Below are positions 1 through 12,024 of a stretch of 64,000 nt of DNA, in pieces. Position 1 is the first letter of the stretch. Every line of letters starts with the position of its first letter. Origin of the DNA: Cyanidioschyzon merolae (taxonomy: Eukaryota); assembly GCA_000091205.1 (NCBI GenBank), contig AP006502.2. One strand, given 5' to 3'. The translations under genes were made by a program, and so were the position numbers. The notes under the pieces were generated by a model. That model searched no databases and was not told where the DNA came from. It saw nothing but the letters and a program-made list of their open reading frames with translations.

Positions 1-137
1 CCACGTATGCGGAAGATGGGACTGATGGTAACTTCCGTCAGAAAGATATGCGTCTTTTGAGGTTCTCGAGAGCAAGATACTATCGAGAATCGGGAATCAT
101 GAATGCGAGGTAGAAAATTTGTACGTGGAATTCAGGA

Positions 138-749
138 ATGAAAGATCCCCTGGAAGCTTCGAGCGAGGTGACGAGCCGAGGAGCGGACTTTGAAGCTTTT
201 CGGAAATTCATGGAAGTTCGCATGGCGCATTGGGAGGCGCTGTGGGAGGAGTATACAAAACCCCGGTGGGCTCGTTTGCATATGAATTTGTATTGTGGTA
301 AGCAGCGGGCGTTCGCGAATTTTTTCAATCAGTTAAGTGACCTGAAGGAGGATGGAAATCAGAGGCTCGTCGTAGCATACGGAGCAGGGCACTGGAAGAC
401 CCGAAAAGGGTGTACACCAGCTCCAACGACAAGAACGTACAAAGAGTGTGCACGGCGTTTCGTTACGATACCTGTAGATGAGTTCCGAACCTCGTATACA
501 CACCATGAACTGGGGTGTACACTTCAGAGAGTGGAGATGGAAAAGTGTCAGCGGAGCCCTGAAGATATAAAAAAGTACGGACCGCTGACGGAGGAGCAAA
601 TGGAAAGGAGGGCACAAGTTCCAGGACTTCTTGCATTAGTGAGTACAACGAGTGACGGCAAGAAACGGATGGAGTTTGTGAATTGAGACTTTAACGCCGC
701 AATCAATATCCGGAGATGTGCGGTGCTGGAGAGAAGACCTCCAGAATAG
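138..749 (+). pseudogene. Decayed TnpB/Fanzor-like (IS605 OrfB-type, RuvC-like) nuclease remnant, C-terminal part only. It has in-frame stops and upstream frames are closed; the element probably extends beyond the window start.
   Basis: Translation shows LVVAYGAGHW..KG (G-D-W-like stretch), then VDEFRTSYT (RuvC-II E..TS motif), then a degenerate Zn-finger region. A TGA stop at 684-686 sits immediately before DFNAAINIRRC, which is the RuvC-III D.NAA.NI signature. All three frames upstream of 138 are closed. Confidence 0.6.
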
Positions 750-974
750 ACAAGAGTGAACTTTATTGGACAACCTCTCAAAGTCGAACTATATGAGAAA
801 AAGTTGGAAGCAGTAGTGGGTGGCCGCTCCAAAAAGACGGGAAGGCGTCTGCACCTCAGTTGAAGACTTCTTGTCGAGAGCGGGTTTCTCGCCACTACTG
901 TACACCGTTGGCGTCGTTCGACTTTCGAACGGCGTTGATGGTGCCACTATTCTGCCGTGTGTCATTCTGAGTGC

Positions 975-2636
975 TCAGCGAATCGCGTCGTTCTTATCAC
1001 TGGTCTCCGTTTTGAGGGTTTCGTCAATGCTGAGAATCGTGCATGCAGCCTCCGTTGCCGAAGCAAATGCATTGGCACGAATCAGGACCGGTTCCCAGAC
1101 ATAGTTCTGCCAGCAGTCTTGCGGTTCACCGGTTTCCAGGTTTGCTCCGAACCAGAGATTCTCGTCGCTGGTCGCGTGTTTTGCCCGTAGTTTGTTGAGG
1201 AGGTCAGTGGCGTCAAAACCAGCATTCTCACAGAGTGTGCGGGGTATGGTCTCGAGTGCTTTGCCGTAAGCCGCGAGCAAGAGCTGCGCTTTGCCCTGGA
1301 TATGCCTAGATCGCTCCCGCAGAAACTTGCTGAGCTCCATTTCGACAGCGCCGCCACCAGCCACCAGCTCGGGGTACTTGAGCGTACGTCTGACAATCAT
1401 GATGGCGTCGTGTAGGGAACGCTCGGTTTCATCGAGGAATTGCTCGGATCCGCCGCGGAGTAAAATGGTGGCCGACCGAGCCTCCTTGCATCCAGTGAAA
1501 AAGTTAAAGCGCTCCGCTCCGACCTGCCGCTCTTCGAACCACTCACAGGTACCCAGAGCCTCTTCCACTCGCATATCGTGAACAGTGGTCTGAACGCGGG
1601 CACCGACCGCTCGCGCCACCCGCTGCAGATCGGCATCGGGAACACGACCAGCACAGAAAACTCCGCGATCAGCGAAGTACTGCGTCGCGAGATCGCCAAT
1701 TGCCAGCCGGGAGAGCACAACACGAGCTCCAGTGGCCACTATTTTCTCAAGTTTCTCGTAGATGATATTCCACTCCGCGTCCACGATTTGCTGGTAAGCA
1801 GCAGCGGATTGCACCCGCACCTCCGCATTCTCCTTCTCGGACTTGAGTTCCAGTTCTAAGTTTAACAGCAGAATCTTGGGTTGATGTATCTTCTTCGGCT
1901 GCTGCTCAAAGCCGGCATAGCTGAACGTCTTCTTGAAGCCGACACCCGCGACGAGGCACGAGTCCGTCACACTGCCACCATTGACCTTTTTCACGCCGAT
2001 CATGTCCAGGTCCAGATCATCATCCAGGGCGAGGACTGCATCAACAGCTATACCTGCGAAAAATTCACGGTATTGCGCGATGAGCTTGCTGTTGAGCGCC
2101 GTCCCCGCACAGCGCTGTAGCAGGGCGCGAGCGGCCTCACGTTCTTCTGTGGAAACGCGTTCGGGATCGGCGCGCAGGACCTTCAGTTGACCGCTCACAT
2201 CGACCGCGATCTGCTTCAAGCGCTCCGAGATCATGCGGTGTGCCTCGCGATAAGCGTAGATGATAACGCGTGGGTGCACGCCGTCCTCGAGAAAGCCCTT
2301 CGCCTGACGCAGCAGCTCGCCTGCCAGCAGCACTACCGACGTGGTACCGTCACCGACTTCCTCGTCTTGAGACTTGGCGATGTCAGCTAGCAAACGAGCC
2401 GCAGGATGCACAACTTCGAGCACTCGAAGGATCGTCGCGCCGTCATTCGATATAGTGACCTTGCCGTCGCTCCCCTGGATGAGTTTATCCATGCCTCGCG
2501 GGCCCAGTGTGCTGTGCAACACCTCTACAACCTGCTCGCAGGCGTTGATGTTGGATATGATCTGCCCGATACCTTGTGAAGCGTCCACGTCATCTTTGAG
2601 GATAATGATCGGAGGATAACCAGAAACCTGCGCCAT
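975..2636 (-). CDS. CCT7: T-complex protein 1 subunit eta (CCT7, group II chaperonin). The ORF runs on to 2771, but the conserved start is [16 protein letters not shown] at 2636.
   Basis: 598-aa ORF with [13 protein letters not shown] and the equatorial/apical domain motifs. It aligns near full length to CCT eta (e.g. [16 protein letters not shown] and [11 protein letters not shown] equivalents). Confidence 0.9.
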   Translation of the reverse strand: MAQVSGYPPIIILKDDVDASQGIGQIISNINACEQVVEVLHSTLGPRGMDKLIQGSDGKVTISNDGATILRVLEVVHPAARLLADIAKSQDEEVGDGTTSVVLLAGELLRQAKGFLEDGVHPRVIIYAYREAHRMISERLKQIAVDVSGQLKVLRADPERVSTEEREAARALLQRCAGTALNSKLIAQYREFFAGIAVDAVLALDDDLDLDMIGVKKVNGGSVTDSCLVAGVGFKKTFSYAGFEQQPKKIHQPKILLLNLELELKSEKENAEVRVQSAAAYQQIVDAEWNIIYEKLEKIVATGARVVLSRLAIGDLATQYFADRGVFCAGRVPDADLQRVARAVGARVQTTVHDMRVEEALGTCEWFEERQVGAERFNFFTGCKEARSATILLRGGSEQFLDETERSLHDAIMIVRRTLKYPELVAGGGAVEMELSKFLRERSRHIQGKAQLLLAAYGKALETIPRTLCENAGFDATDLLNKLRAKHATSDENLWFGANLETGEPQDCWQNYVWEPVLIRANAFASATEAACTILSIDETLKTETSDKNDAIR

Positions 2637-3631
2637 GAACGCGAGCCTAACCACAAGCGCGTAACCCCCGTCGACGCCGAAAGCGCAGGCACGGCAGCCG
2701 CGGACGCACTGCGCACCGCCGAAGCGGATGGAACGCGGCACGCGGGCGCGCGTAACACAAGTTCGGTCCAAGGTACTTCGCAGAACTTTTTAACTCCAGG
2801 CGAGTCGCTCTCTTCTCTAGCCGCACCGGTGGGTCTCCTGGTGGCACCCGGACAGCGCTGGGTGTTCCACTGACGCTTGGAGGTGTCTCGTATACAACGA
2901 CAGCGTTACGTGCAGGATTGCTGACGCCGGCGCCTGGGAACTTTGACCACTGCGTCGCGCACGAGTTGTGCGCTATACGGGCGTCTGAGAAAAGTCACGC
3001 GCACCTGTCGCGGTGTAGCTACTGCTAGTTGGTGACGCTAGCCAATAGTGGGTGAAGCGCAAACCGAGTGCGCTACGGGAACGTTTTCGAGCGAGGAATC
3101 AGGGCGTGAACGATTCGGGACACGAGCGTCTTCGGCAGCACGTTGTCGGCCGTGGACAGTGGTCAAAGTACTGAGACTTGACGCAGTCACACGAACTTGC
3201 GTCTGGGGGGATTGCCTCGCGCCCTCCAGTGACACACGAGGGGTTACCACTGCTGTTCGGCAGTGGCCCGCAGTGGTGGACACGCAGCGTGTCCGTTTCC
3301 CGCCAGTGCACGCATCAGCAGAGCGCGCCTGCGTGCTTGTTGGACACGTGTCCAACGATCCGCTTTGCACTGCAGGGGAAGCGCTTGGGGGCTGTGTTCA
3401 GCAGCTGCGGCTGCAGCAACAACAACACCAGCAAGAACAGCGACAACTGCTCAGGCTTCTCTAGGAAGCAGCTGCGAACCAGAACATTTCTCTGTCGAGA
3501 ATCGAAAAGCCTCGTTCACAAGCGTGTGCTTCATTCTTCAGGAAACATCTAGTCCGACATAGGCGCATTTCTTGGCGACACGCGCTATCTTCTGATCGCT
3601 GTTGTCGCACGAGCTAGTATCGTAGAAACTG

Positions 3632-4678
3632 GTGTTTTCTGCAATGGTGCAGTCGGTAAACCTGGATACGGGGCAAGCGGAGGAATTCGAGTTGAAGCAG
3701 GGGCAGTGCGGTGCCGCACAGGAACCGCTCATACCAATCCGCATCGATGTGCAGTGGAACGATGCCCGTGTTGTCGATGCCTTTCTTTGGAACCAATATG
3801 AAGAACGCCTCACACCGGAGACGTTTGCCCCACACCTGCTCCGGGATCTGCAGCAACCTATGGAGCTTGCAAACGGTGTTGCGTCCGCCATTCGCGAGCA
3901 GATAGAGCAGTACTCTCCCTTTGAACACGAGCTATTCGCGGATCGTTCCGAGTTGCGCCTGCTCTTTACCTTGGATGTGCGAATAGGGAATATCCAGCTA
4001 CAGGATACCTTTGAGTGGGATGCGCTCTCATTCGAAAGCGATCCCGAGCAGTTTTCGCGGATGCTCTGTCGAGAACTGGGCCTTGGAACAGAGTTTAGCA
4101 CCGCCATCGCCCATGCGATTCGTGAACAGTTGCAGGACGTTTGGGCGGGTGTCGCTTACTCCCAAAAAAGCATTCTGGAATCCGTGCATCCGCGTATAAC
4201 GATTCGGGATGGCGAAGATTGGGAGCTTCCGGGTCCCGCGGTGCGCGTGCTCTCCAAGGAGGAACTCGAAGAGGTGGAGCGGCGTGAGGATCGCAGTGCT
4301 CGCGCCATGCGTCGCAGTCAGCGCAAATCCGGGCTGAGCTGGGGCCTGGCCCCAGCGCCAACGCTCCGGGAGCGCTCCGTGGACAGCACTGTGTTTTTCG
4401 GGCCGCGGCAAGCCGTGGCCGAAGAGCGCCCCAAACGGCGTCGCAACCAGAATCCTGTTGACTCTGAGGGTCGGCCCGTCGTAGCCTGCAGCCATTGTGG
4501 TCGACATCCGTCAAAAACGCCTTTAATGCGAGTTGGACCACGTGGTCTCAAGAACGAAATCTGCAATAGTTGTGGCCTGTACTATCGCAAATATGGAGAG
4601 CTTCCCACGCATTATAAGGGCTATCCCATTGGGCCTGGGTATCCGCCACCTCCTGGAAGTCAGGAACATGATGCATAA
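3632..4678 (+). CDS. SNF5/SMARCB1-family protein (SWI/SNF core subunit) with both SNF5 repeats and a C-terminal GATA-like C4 zinc finger.
   Basis: Rpt1 (LIPIRIDVQWNDARVVDAFLWN...ASAIREQIEQY) and Rpt2 (RIGNIQLQDTFEWD...LCRELGLGTEFSTAIAHAIREQL) align to SMARCB1/BSH. The C-terminus reads CSHCG...TPLMRVGPRG...CNSCGLYYRK. Confidence 0.8.
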   Translation: MFSAMVQSVNLDTGQAEEFELKQGQCGAAQEPLIPIRIDVQWNDARVVDAFLWNQYEERLTPETFAPHLLRDLQQPMELANGVASAIREQIEQYSPFEHELFADRSELRLLFTLDVRIGNIQLQDTFEWDALSFESDPEQFSRMLCRELGLGTEFSTAIAHAIREQLQDVWAGVAYSQKSILESVHPRITIRDGEDWELPGPAVRVLSKEELEEVERREDRSARAMRRSQRKSGLSWGLAPAPTLRERSVDSTVFFGPRQAVAEERPKRRRNQNPVDSEGRPVVACSHCGRHPSKTPLMRVGPRGLKNEICNSCGLYYRKYGELPTHYKGYPIGPGYPPPPGSQEHDA

Positions 4679-5950
4679 GGATTCGTCCACACACGAGATA
4701 AGGAGGAGGTGCGAGCGGCACCAAGAACGGCAGCATCGTCGCATTCGACTTGTCCCGGGCGTAGCGCTGGCGCCTTTAGCCCCAGTTGATGCTGCCATTT
4801 TCGAATGCATCGTAGCGCGTATGTCGTCGCCCCGTCAGATGCACGAAAGTATTTGGCAATTGTGTCGCGGTCTGCGCTAGACAGGCGTTTTGGAATCCTA
4901 TGTTTTCAGAACCGCACATGCGCCATGATATCATACGAAGCGCGTATGGCATCGCCACCGATGGTCACAATCCGCAGATGCTGGTGCTAACCTGAAACGA
5001 CGGCGAGTGCTGCGTTCCGGAGACAACGTGTGCCTGCGTGCCTCGCCTCGGTGCGCGGCGTAGCTGCCGGGCTCACTCTGAGCGCCCCATACAGCTCGAG
5101 GAGATGCTGCGAATTGTGTGTCAGTACCGGCTCGTCGTTTTCCTCGTCCGATATCCGCGCTAATTGCTGTGTGCGAATGATACGCTTTAGCTAGTACCGC
5201 TATGCGATAGCCGCTAGCAGCCCAAGACCTGGGAGGCCCAGCGACCTTGCCATCGCCCAGTTCACGCGCATCCGCCAACCATTCCTGGCATGGCGGATGT
5301 GTCTTCCGAATCTGTGTGCCTCGGCCGAAACGGAGGCTTGTATGCATCCATTCCCGAAAAGAAGTTCGGCGAGCCGTGTGCGTCCTCCGGAATTTCGTGT
5401 GGCGATACGTCGACCCGGACTTTGCCCTGTGCTAGATCCATCGGCGGGGGTGGGCTCCATTGCGGGGATGCGCTCTAAAGCCTGCGCATCGGCGCGCAAG
5501 TACCCGGTTGCACGAAAGCGCTTCCCTCAGGTTTCCAGGTGTCACCAGACGCTGTCCTTCGGCTCGCGAATAGGTCCACGCGGACCTGGAATCGCCCTGA
5601 TCGCGCTGCTGGCTTAAGAACGGACGCTAGACGCACATGTACGCTTGAAACTGGGCGCTCGCCAACGGTCCAACGCTTGACCAGAGTCGAGACGAGTGCG
5701 ACCCTAGAAAGGTCCAGAAGACGTCGGTGATTCTGACGGTTTTTGCGCAAATGCATACGGCTCGAGCTAGGCGCCGTTGTTTCCGAACGCGCACACCTAC
5801 GCACAGCGTTCGCTCAGCTGCAGCCGGGCACCGAATCGCGACAACGCCTACGATCCGCCTAGATCCATCGTAATCATGCCGATAGACGGAAGCAATGGCC
5901 GCTTGCCGTGTCTGCTGGTGGCTGCATGCGATGCAGGTACGCTCTAGGCG

Positions 5951-7390
5951 TCACCGGGGCGCTGGTTTCACCGCTCGTAACGCACCAATCACGAATAGGT
6001 TTCGACGAAACCCGCGTATCATCCAACGGATGGCGAGCGCGCTACGAATGACTGGCCAACCGCCTTCAACTAGTCCTAGAAGCGCTTTTCGCTGTAAGGC
6101 GCTGCGCGCAACAGCCGGCCAAAAAGGCAGGGTAGCGCGTGTCCAATCCGCCGTCTCGATATCCACAAGGCCGCATTGCCAGGCATAATTTTCGAACTCA
6201 TCCAGAGTGCATAGAAACGGGATGCAGTAGTACGCACATACCTTGCGATAGATGCGTCGGTCAGCGTCCGTAAACGGAGGCGGACACCGCCGATGACACC
6301 AGGCCGTCATGGCGAGTATGCCGCCGGGTCGCAGCACGCGAGCACATTCCTCCATGAAACGGAACTTGTTCGGCATGTGCTCGGCACTCTCCATACTCCA
6401 GATGACATCGAAAGCGTTGTCTGGAAACGGGAGCGCCAGCGCGTCCGCCACAACGGTCTCGACGCGATCCTCCAAGCGCAGCTGTCGGGTGAGCACCTGC
6501 GCTCGCGAGGCCTGAACCGGGCTCAGGGTGACACCGGTGACGTGCACATCAGCACCGTAGCGCAGTGCAATATACCGCGAAGCACCACCAATGCCACATC
6601 CCACATCCAGCACACGAAGACGTCGATGACCGGCTCCAATGGCGGAGCGGATGGACGCATCCACGCCACTGTAGTGGAGTAAGCGGTCCATCATGTCGAT
6701 CTGGGCTTGGCGATCGTCCTTGCCATCCCGAGTGCCGTCGACGTTGTAAAAGCCGTGATGCATGTGTTCGCCCCATACTTGCTCCCACAGCTCCGACTGG
6801 AGATCGTAGAAGGTCGCGATGCGCTGGGCGAGGCCAGCACTCTCGGTGGCTTTTGTTTCGTCACCGGGGAGGCGCCACTGTGGCCCTGCTGCTGCAGGCG
6901 TCGTATCTAGTCCTAGCGCCTTCCTCTTGAGCAGGTATTCGGTACGTCGTCTCGCCATTATGAAACGGTAGAGCGTTGCGATGGCCAGTATGGTGATCGC
7001 AGCGATGGACAGTGCGCGGCCTGGGTGCACTCTGAGCCGTTCACGTGCGTTCTGTGTCCATGTCGAGAGGGTGTTCCAGGAGAGGCGCTCGTTGATTGTG
7101 CGCTCAGTCGCGGGGACTCGTACGCTGGCCCGATTCGCGGTGGAAAGAACTGACTGCGCAACGAGCTCAGTTTGCAAAAGCGGAGCGCCATACTCTACAG
7201 CGGAAACGCAGGAACTGCGGCGTTGCGCATAGCCGGCGAGACGTGTTATCCGCCGGTGATTCCAGCAGCGCAGTCTGTGCGTTGCGAATCGAGAAAGCCG
7301 ATCGTCCGTGAAGCGAAGCAAACCGCCACGTTTGCCCGGTGCGTGTGACTTGGGCACCGCCCAAGCGTGCGCGAACGCCAGTTGATGCAT
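5951..7390 (-). CDS. Gamma-tocopherol methyltransferase-like SAM-dependent methyltransferase, with a long N-terminal extension containing one hydrophobic helix. The start is uncertain.
   Basis: FYDLQSELWEQVWGEHMHHGFY followed by VLDVGCGIGGASRY (SAM motif I) and VIWSMESAEHMPNK...RPGGILAMTAWCHR match the VTE4/gamma-TMT family closely. Confidence 0.75.
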   Translation of the reverse strand: MHQLAFAHAWAVPKSHAPGKRGGLLRFTDDRLSRFATHRLRCWNHRRITRLAGYAQRRSSCVSAVEYGAPLLQTELVAQSVLSTANRASVRVPATERTINERLSWNTLSTWTQNARERLRVHPGRALSIAAITILAIATLYRFIMARRRTEYLLKRKALGLDTTPAAAGPQWRLPGDETKATESAGLAQRIATFYDLQSELWEQVWGEHMHHGFYNVDGTRDGKDDRQAQIDMMDRLLHYSGVDASIRSAIGAGHRRLRVLDVGCGIGGASRYIALRYGADVHVTGVTLSPVQASRAQVLTRQLRLEDRVETVVADALALPFPDNAFDVIWSMESAEHMPNKFRFMEECARVLRPGGILAMTAWCHRRCPPPFTDADRRIYRKVCAYYCIPFLCTLDEFENYAWQCGLVDIETADWTRATLPFWPAVARSALQRKALLGLVEGGWPVIRSALAIRWMIRGFRRNLFVIGALRAVKPAPR

Positions 7391-9462
7391 GAAAGAGGGC
7401 GCTCAGACACTGGCGGTCGTTCGAGCGGACGTGCAGTCTGGGACTATGCACGGCAACGCTCGTAGGTGACAGCGGTGCAGCGTGTGACTCGCCTTTGCGT
7501 CGTTTGATTCGGAGCTAGAATGTTTGCGTGTGGGTGCCAAGTTGTGCGAAAGATCCGATCACGTCCTCAGATATCGAATACGACACTTGCTGGCGTTCTG
7601 CAGCGTAACCGCACGCTCGGTGCTGGCGCAGCAGCCGACGCTTCTAGCGGTGGCGCACCAGCCACGGGTCGCTGCCAGGCGGAGGCGGGCCCCCATCGCC
7701 AGGGAGAGCGAGTCCACATAAGCTCGATTTTGTCTATAATGTTATGTTTGTTCAGGTTCTAATCTGATCTGCATGCACAATGGAGTGCTGAGCTGCACGC
7801 TCCATGCATGCCTGGCGATGTAGTTCCGAACGCTTCTAGGTGTCCAGCATCGAGAGCCCAGGTACAGCAATGGGGGATCACGGATTCCTTCGTACTTCTA
7901 GGATGATCGGTGGTCTGGTCGCGGGGGTCTCTTCGACGCCCGGCTGCTGGATTTCCTGGCGTCACCGATATCAAGATGCTTCACGACGCTTTCGTACGTG
8001 TGTTCGTCAACCAACCGATACAGTGACACCATGATACAGTTCATTCGCACGTATCTCGACTCTTCTCCATTTCTGACATGCAGTATGTTTAAATCACGAA
8101 ATCTCTACATGATCGATCTTATCTTTTGGGGCTCAAGACAACTCGTGTGCGCACTGCGAGTCGTTCAGCGGGGCCCGCAACGCGAGAAACCCCGACGTGT
8201 CGTCCTCTGACGCATTGTTCACGAGCGCTTGCTGAACGTCCACTGGCCTTGTCACGTCAAATGATCGATTGATTTCGGGAAACAAATCCTCCTTTCGTGA
8301 TGACCAATGAAGAACCGACATTCAGTACCAGCGTGATGCTTCTCAGGGCGCGATGGTGCTGCTGGTGCTGGTGCTGCTGCCAGAAGCGCTCGTCTCTCCT
8401 GTTTTCGCATGGAAAAGGGTACTGGACGCGGACTGGGGTCATCGCAGCACTCGGTACCAGTAGGGCATGCGCCACCGCTACGTACGAGACAAGCGTCCAC
8501 GGATCGGAGTCTATCGGCTTGTTCTTCGGTTTGAACGTACGTTTCTGTACACGTTTCATGGCGGACTAGACCGCATTCCATAACTCCTCCGCCGAATGGA
8601 ACAGCGTGTGCTTGCACCCACAGCCGACAGAATACTCGCTGAGGATATCGCTCAGCTGAAGCGCATGATCCCAGTGTAACGTACGGGGCTCGGGAACGGA
8701 AGCGAGCGCCTCGCTGGCTGTTTCCAGTATGCGTCAAGGGCATCCACCGAGTGATGCCGCGAGCGTTCACGCGCTGCAGGACAGCTCGCGGGGGCAGCGT
8801 TGTCGAGGACGTATTCGATCACCTGCTGACCACAGCCGAGTGTCACTGGTGTGAAGGACGCACTCAGCTTGTGTACGAAGAAGACATGGGAACTGTGACT
8901 TGCGTCTATGCATGCAATACGTGAAAAACTGCAGGACGCTGTGAACTCGGGACTTGAGCGCTACCGTCATCACCCCTTGACTGCTGAAAACGATTTTAGA
9001 GGACAAGAGACGTCCAAGGTATCGCAATCCGCTCGTAAGAGAACGGTGAAGAATCTATTTACAGAGCAAATCCCTCAAATACCTATATTGTCCACAATCG
9101 AAAATCGCGATCCTTTATTGTACACGTCCTTGTTACTCAGTTGCACTTGTTTCGTGCGCCCACCCCGCCGCCCCGCAAACTCCAGGTCACCCCAAAGCAC
9201 CCACACATACGACTACAAAGCCTTGCATTAGCCCCCCAGCCTCGTGTTCTCGATGCATCGCGCGTGCGGTCTGCGGCGCGCCGCGTTGCAACGGCTCTCG
9301 CTGCGACGCATCCTCCATTGCAACGCTGCTCAGCTCCCGTACGCTTCTTCGACGCGTATAGGGACCAGGTTTGCACTAGGACTCGTTCCTCGCTAGCCTG
9401 GATAGGGCAGCGGAAACTGAAAGGGTTTCAGCCTCTCGCTTGAAAGACGAGTCATTACGATC

Positions 9463-12024
9463 GTGCTGATGCCTTTAGCGGCCTTGGGGCAACGCGCAGC
9501 GCTTTTCGCAACTTCAGCAACGACGACACGTAGTCTGTTGGGCAGGTTACGGGAGTCGGGTCCGCAGGATCATCGTTTCGTTTCCACGAGCACACGCTTG
9601 GTCCACCAGTCATCGCAAACGTTCGGTGCAAGGCGGGCTACTTTGCAGCAGCTCGCTCTATTCAAGGCGGTCGGCACTGGGGGGTCGTACGGCGTCCCTG
9701 GCGGCAAGCAGACGCTGAAACGGCAGCTGCACGCGTCCACACCCATGGCCAAGGTGCCGCTTTCACGCTATGAACCGGATACGAGTCTCGAAGAGGTCTA
9801 TGAGCGCATTCGCCAGAATGTCGCGGTGGTTCGGAAACGTCTCGATCGGCCGCTTACGTTGGCGGAGAAGATCCTGTACGGACACCTGTCGAATCCGGAA
9901 ACAGCAGAGCTCGTTCGCGGCAAGTCCTATTTACACTTGCATCCGGATAGAGTGGCGATGCAGGATGCAACAGCACAAATGGCAACGCTGCAGTTCATGT
10001 CGGCGGGGATTTCGCGCACCCAGGCACCAACCACCATCCATTGCGATCATTTGATTACCGCCCAGAGTGGGGCCAAGGAGGATCTCGAACGAGCAGTTCA
10101 GCAGAATCGTGAAGTGTACGACTTTCTGTCAACAGCGGCCGCCAAGTATGGCATGGGTTTTTGGAAACCGGGTTCTGGTATCATTCATCAGATCATACTG
10201 GAGAACTATGCTTTCCCGGGCGGGCTTATGATCGGTACCGACTCGCACACGCCGAATGCCGGCGGTTTAGGGATGGCGGCTATCGGTGTCGGGGGCGCCG
10301 ACGCTGTGGACGTTATGGTTGGGCTCCCGTGGGAACTCAAGGCACCGCGGGTCATCGGCGTGCGCCTCACTGGCAAACTCCACGACTGGACTGCTCCGAA
10401 AGACGTTATTCTCAAGGTTGCGGGAATCCTTACGGTCAAGGGCGGCACCGGCAGCATCATCGAATACTTTGGCCCCGGTGTCGATTCGATTTCCTGCACG
10501 GGCATGGGTACCATATGCAACATGGGTGCCGAAATCGGTGCGACAACCTCGATTTTTCCCTACAGCAAAAGAATGGAGGCGTATCTGAAAGCCACTCGTC
10601 GTGACGCGATCGCGGAACTGGCCAACAAGTACGTCGACCTGCTGCGCGCCGACGAGAACGCAGTCTACGATCGTCTGATAGAAATCAACCTGAGCGAGTT
10701 GGAGCCGCATGTGAACGGTCCCTTCACACCCGACTTGGCGCATCCGTTGAGCAAGCTCAAGGACGCTGTCAAGCAAAACGATTGGCCTGCTGAGATCCGG
10801 GTCAGCCTGATAGGCTCGTGCACCAACTCATCCTATGAGGACATGATGCGAGCGGCTTCGGTCTGCAAGCAGGCAATCGATCACGGTGTCAAGGCGAAGA
10901 CGATTTTCCATATCACTCCGGGCTCAGAGCAAGTTCGTTCGACGATTGAGCGCGACGGTATGATACAGCTGTTTGAAGCGATCGGTGGTGTTGTTCTCGC
11001 GAATGCATGCGGGCCCTGTATCGGCCAATGGAATCGACAGGATGTACCAAAGGGCGTCAAAAACACCATTATCACTTCGTATAATCGCAACTTTGCGCAG
11101 CGCAATGACGGGAATCCGCTTACACATGCGTTCATGGCGAGCCCGGAAATCGTGACTGCGTTTGCGCTCTCCGGACGACTCGATTTCAATCCGGTTACGG
11201 ATGTGCTGACGGATCAGTCAGGAAAGCCGTTCAAACTGCAGAGTCCAAGCGGGGATGAGTTGCCGGCTCGCGGCTTTGACCCCGGACGGGACACGTTCCA
11301 GGCACCTCCGGGGGACGGCTCGAGCGTCGCTGTTCGCATTGATCCGCAAAGCGAACGGTTGCAACAGCTGGAAGCGTTCCCGGCTTGGAACGGCAAAGAT
11401 ATCGAACGGGCGTTCATTCTCCTCAAGGTCAAGGGCAAGTGCACCACGGATCATATCTCCATGGCGGGGCCGTGGCTCAAATACCGCGGCCATCTGGACA
11501 ACATTTCGAACAATCTCTTCATTGGAGCTATCAATGCGGAAAACGGCAAAGCGAACCTCGTGAAGAACCAACTCAACGGTGAGTATGGCCCGGTGCCCGC
11601 AACTGCTCGGGCCTACAAGCAAGCCGGCATTCCGTGGGTCGTGGTCGGCGACGAAAACTACGGCGAGGGGAGCTCGCGGGAGCACGCCGCCCTGGAGCCC
11701 CGCTATCTCGGTGGAGTCGCGATCATCGCGAAAAGCTTTGCACGTATCCATGAGACCAACCTGAAGAAACAGGGTATGCTGCCGCTTACGTTCCAGGACC
11801 CCGCGGACTATGACAAGATCGACCCTTCTGATCGGGTCAGTATCCTCGGACTGACCAAGTTCCGTCCAGATGAACCGTTAACGTTACGCGTTGAAAAGGC
11901 GGATGGGTCGCAGCTTGAGCTCAAAGTCAACCATTCGTTCAACGAGGCTCAGATCGAATGGTTCCGTCACGGTAGCGCCTTGAACAAGATTCGGGCGGAC
12001 CTGGTAGCAGCCGGCAAAGCCTGA
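9463..12024 (+). CDS. ACO: Aconitate hydratase, mitochondrial type, with an N-terminal presequence.
   Basis: 853 aa. The stretch [40 protein letters not shown] and the rest of the protein are collinear with mitochondrial aconitase. The N-terminus is R/S/T-rich. Confidence 0.92.
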   Translation: MLMPLAALGQRAALFATSATTTRSLLGRLRESGPQDHRFVSTSTRLVHQSSQTFGARRATLQQLALFKAVGTGGSYGVPGGKQTLKRQLHASTPMAKVPLSRYEPDTSLEEVYERIRQNVAVVRKRLDRPLTLAEKILYGHLSNPETAELVRGKSYLHLHPDRVAMQDATAQMATLQFMSAGISRTQAPTTIHCDHLITAQSGAKEDLERAVQQNREVYDFLSTAAAKYGMGFWKPGSGIIHQIILENYAFPGGLMIGTDSHTPNAGGLGMAAIGVGGADAVDVMVGLPWELKAPRVIGVRLTGKLHDWTAPKDVILKVAGILTVKGGTGSIIEYFGPGVDSISCTGMGTICNMGAEIGATTSIFPYSKRMEAYLKATRRDAIAELANKYVDLLRADENAVYDRLIEINLSELEPHVNGPFTPDLAHPLSKLKDAVKQNDWPAEIRVSLIGSCTNSSYEDMMRAASVCKQAIDHGVKAKTIFHITPGSEQVRSTIERDGMIQLFEAIGGVVLANACGPCIGQWNRQDVPKGVKNTIITSYNRNFAQRNDGNPLTHAFMASPEIVTAFALSGRLDFNPVTDVLTDQSGKPFKLQSPSGDELPARGFDPGRDTFQAPPGDGSSVAVRIDPQSERLQQLEAFPAWNGKDIERAFILLKVKGKCTTDHISMAGPWLKYRGHLDNISNNLFIGAINAENGKANLVKNQLNGEYGPVPATARAYKQAGIPWVVVGDENYGEGSSREHAALEPRYLGGVAIIAKSFARIHETNLKKQGMLPLTFQDPADYDKIDPSDRVSILGLTKFRPDEPLTLRVEKADGSQLELKVNHSFNEAQIEWFRHGSALNKIRADLVAAGKA

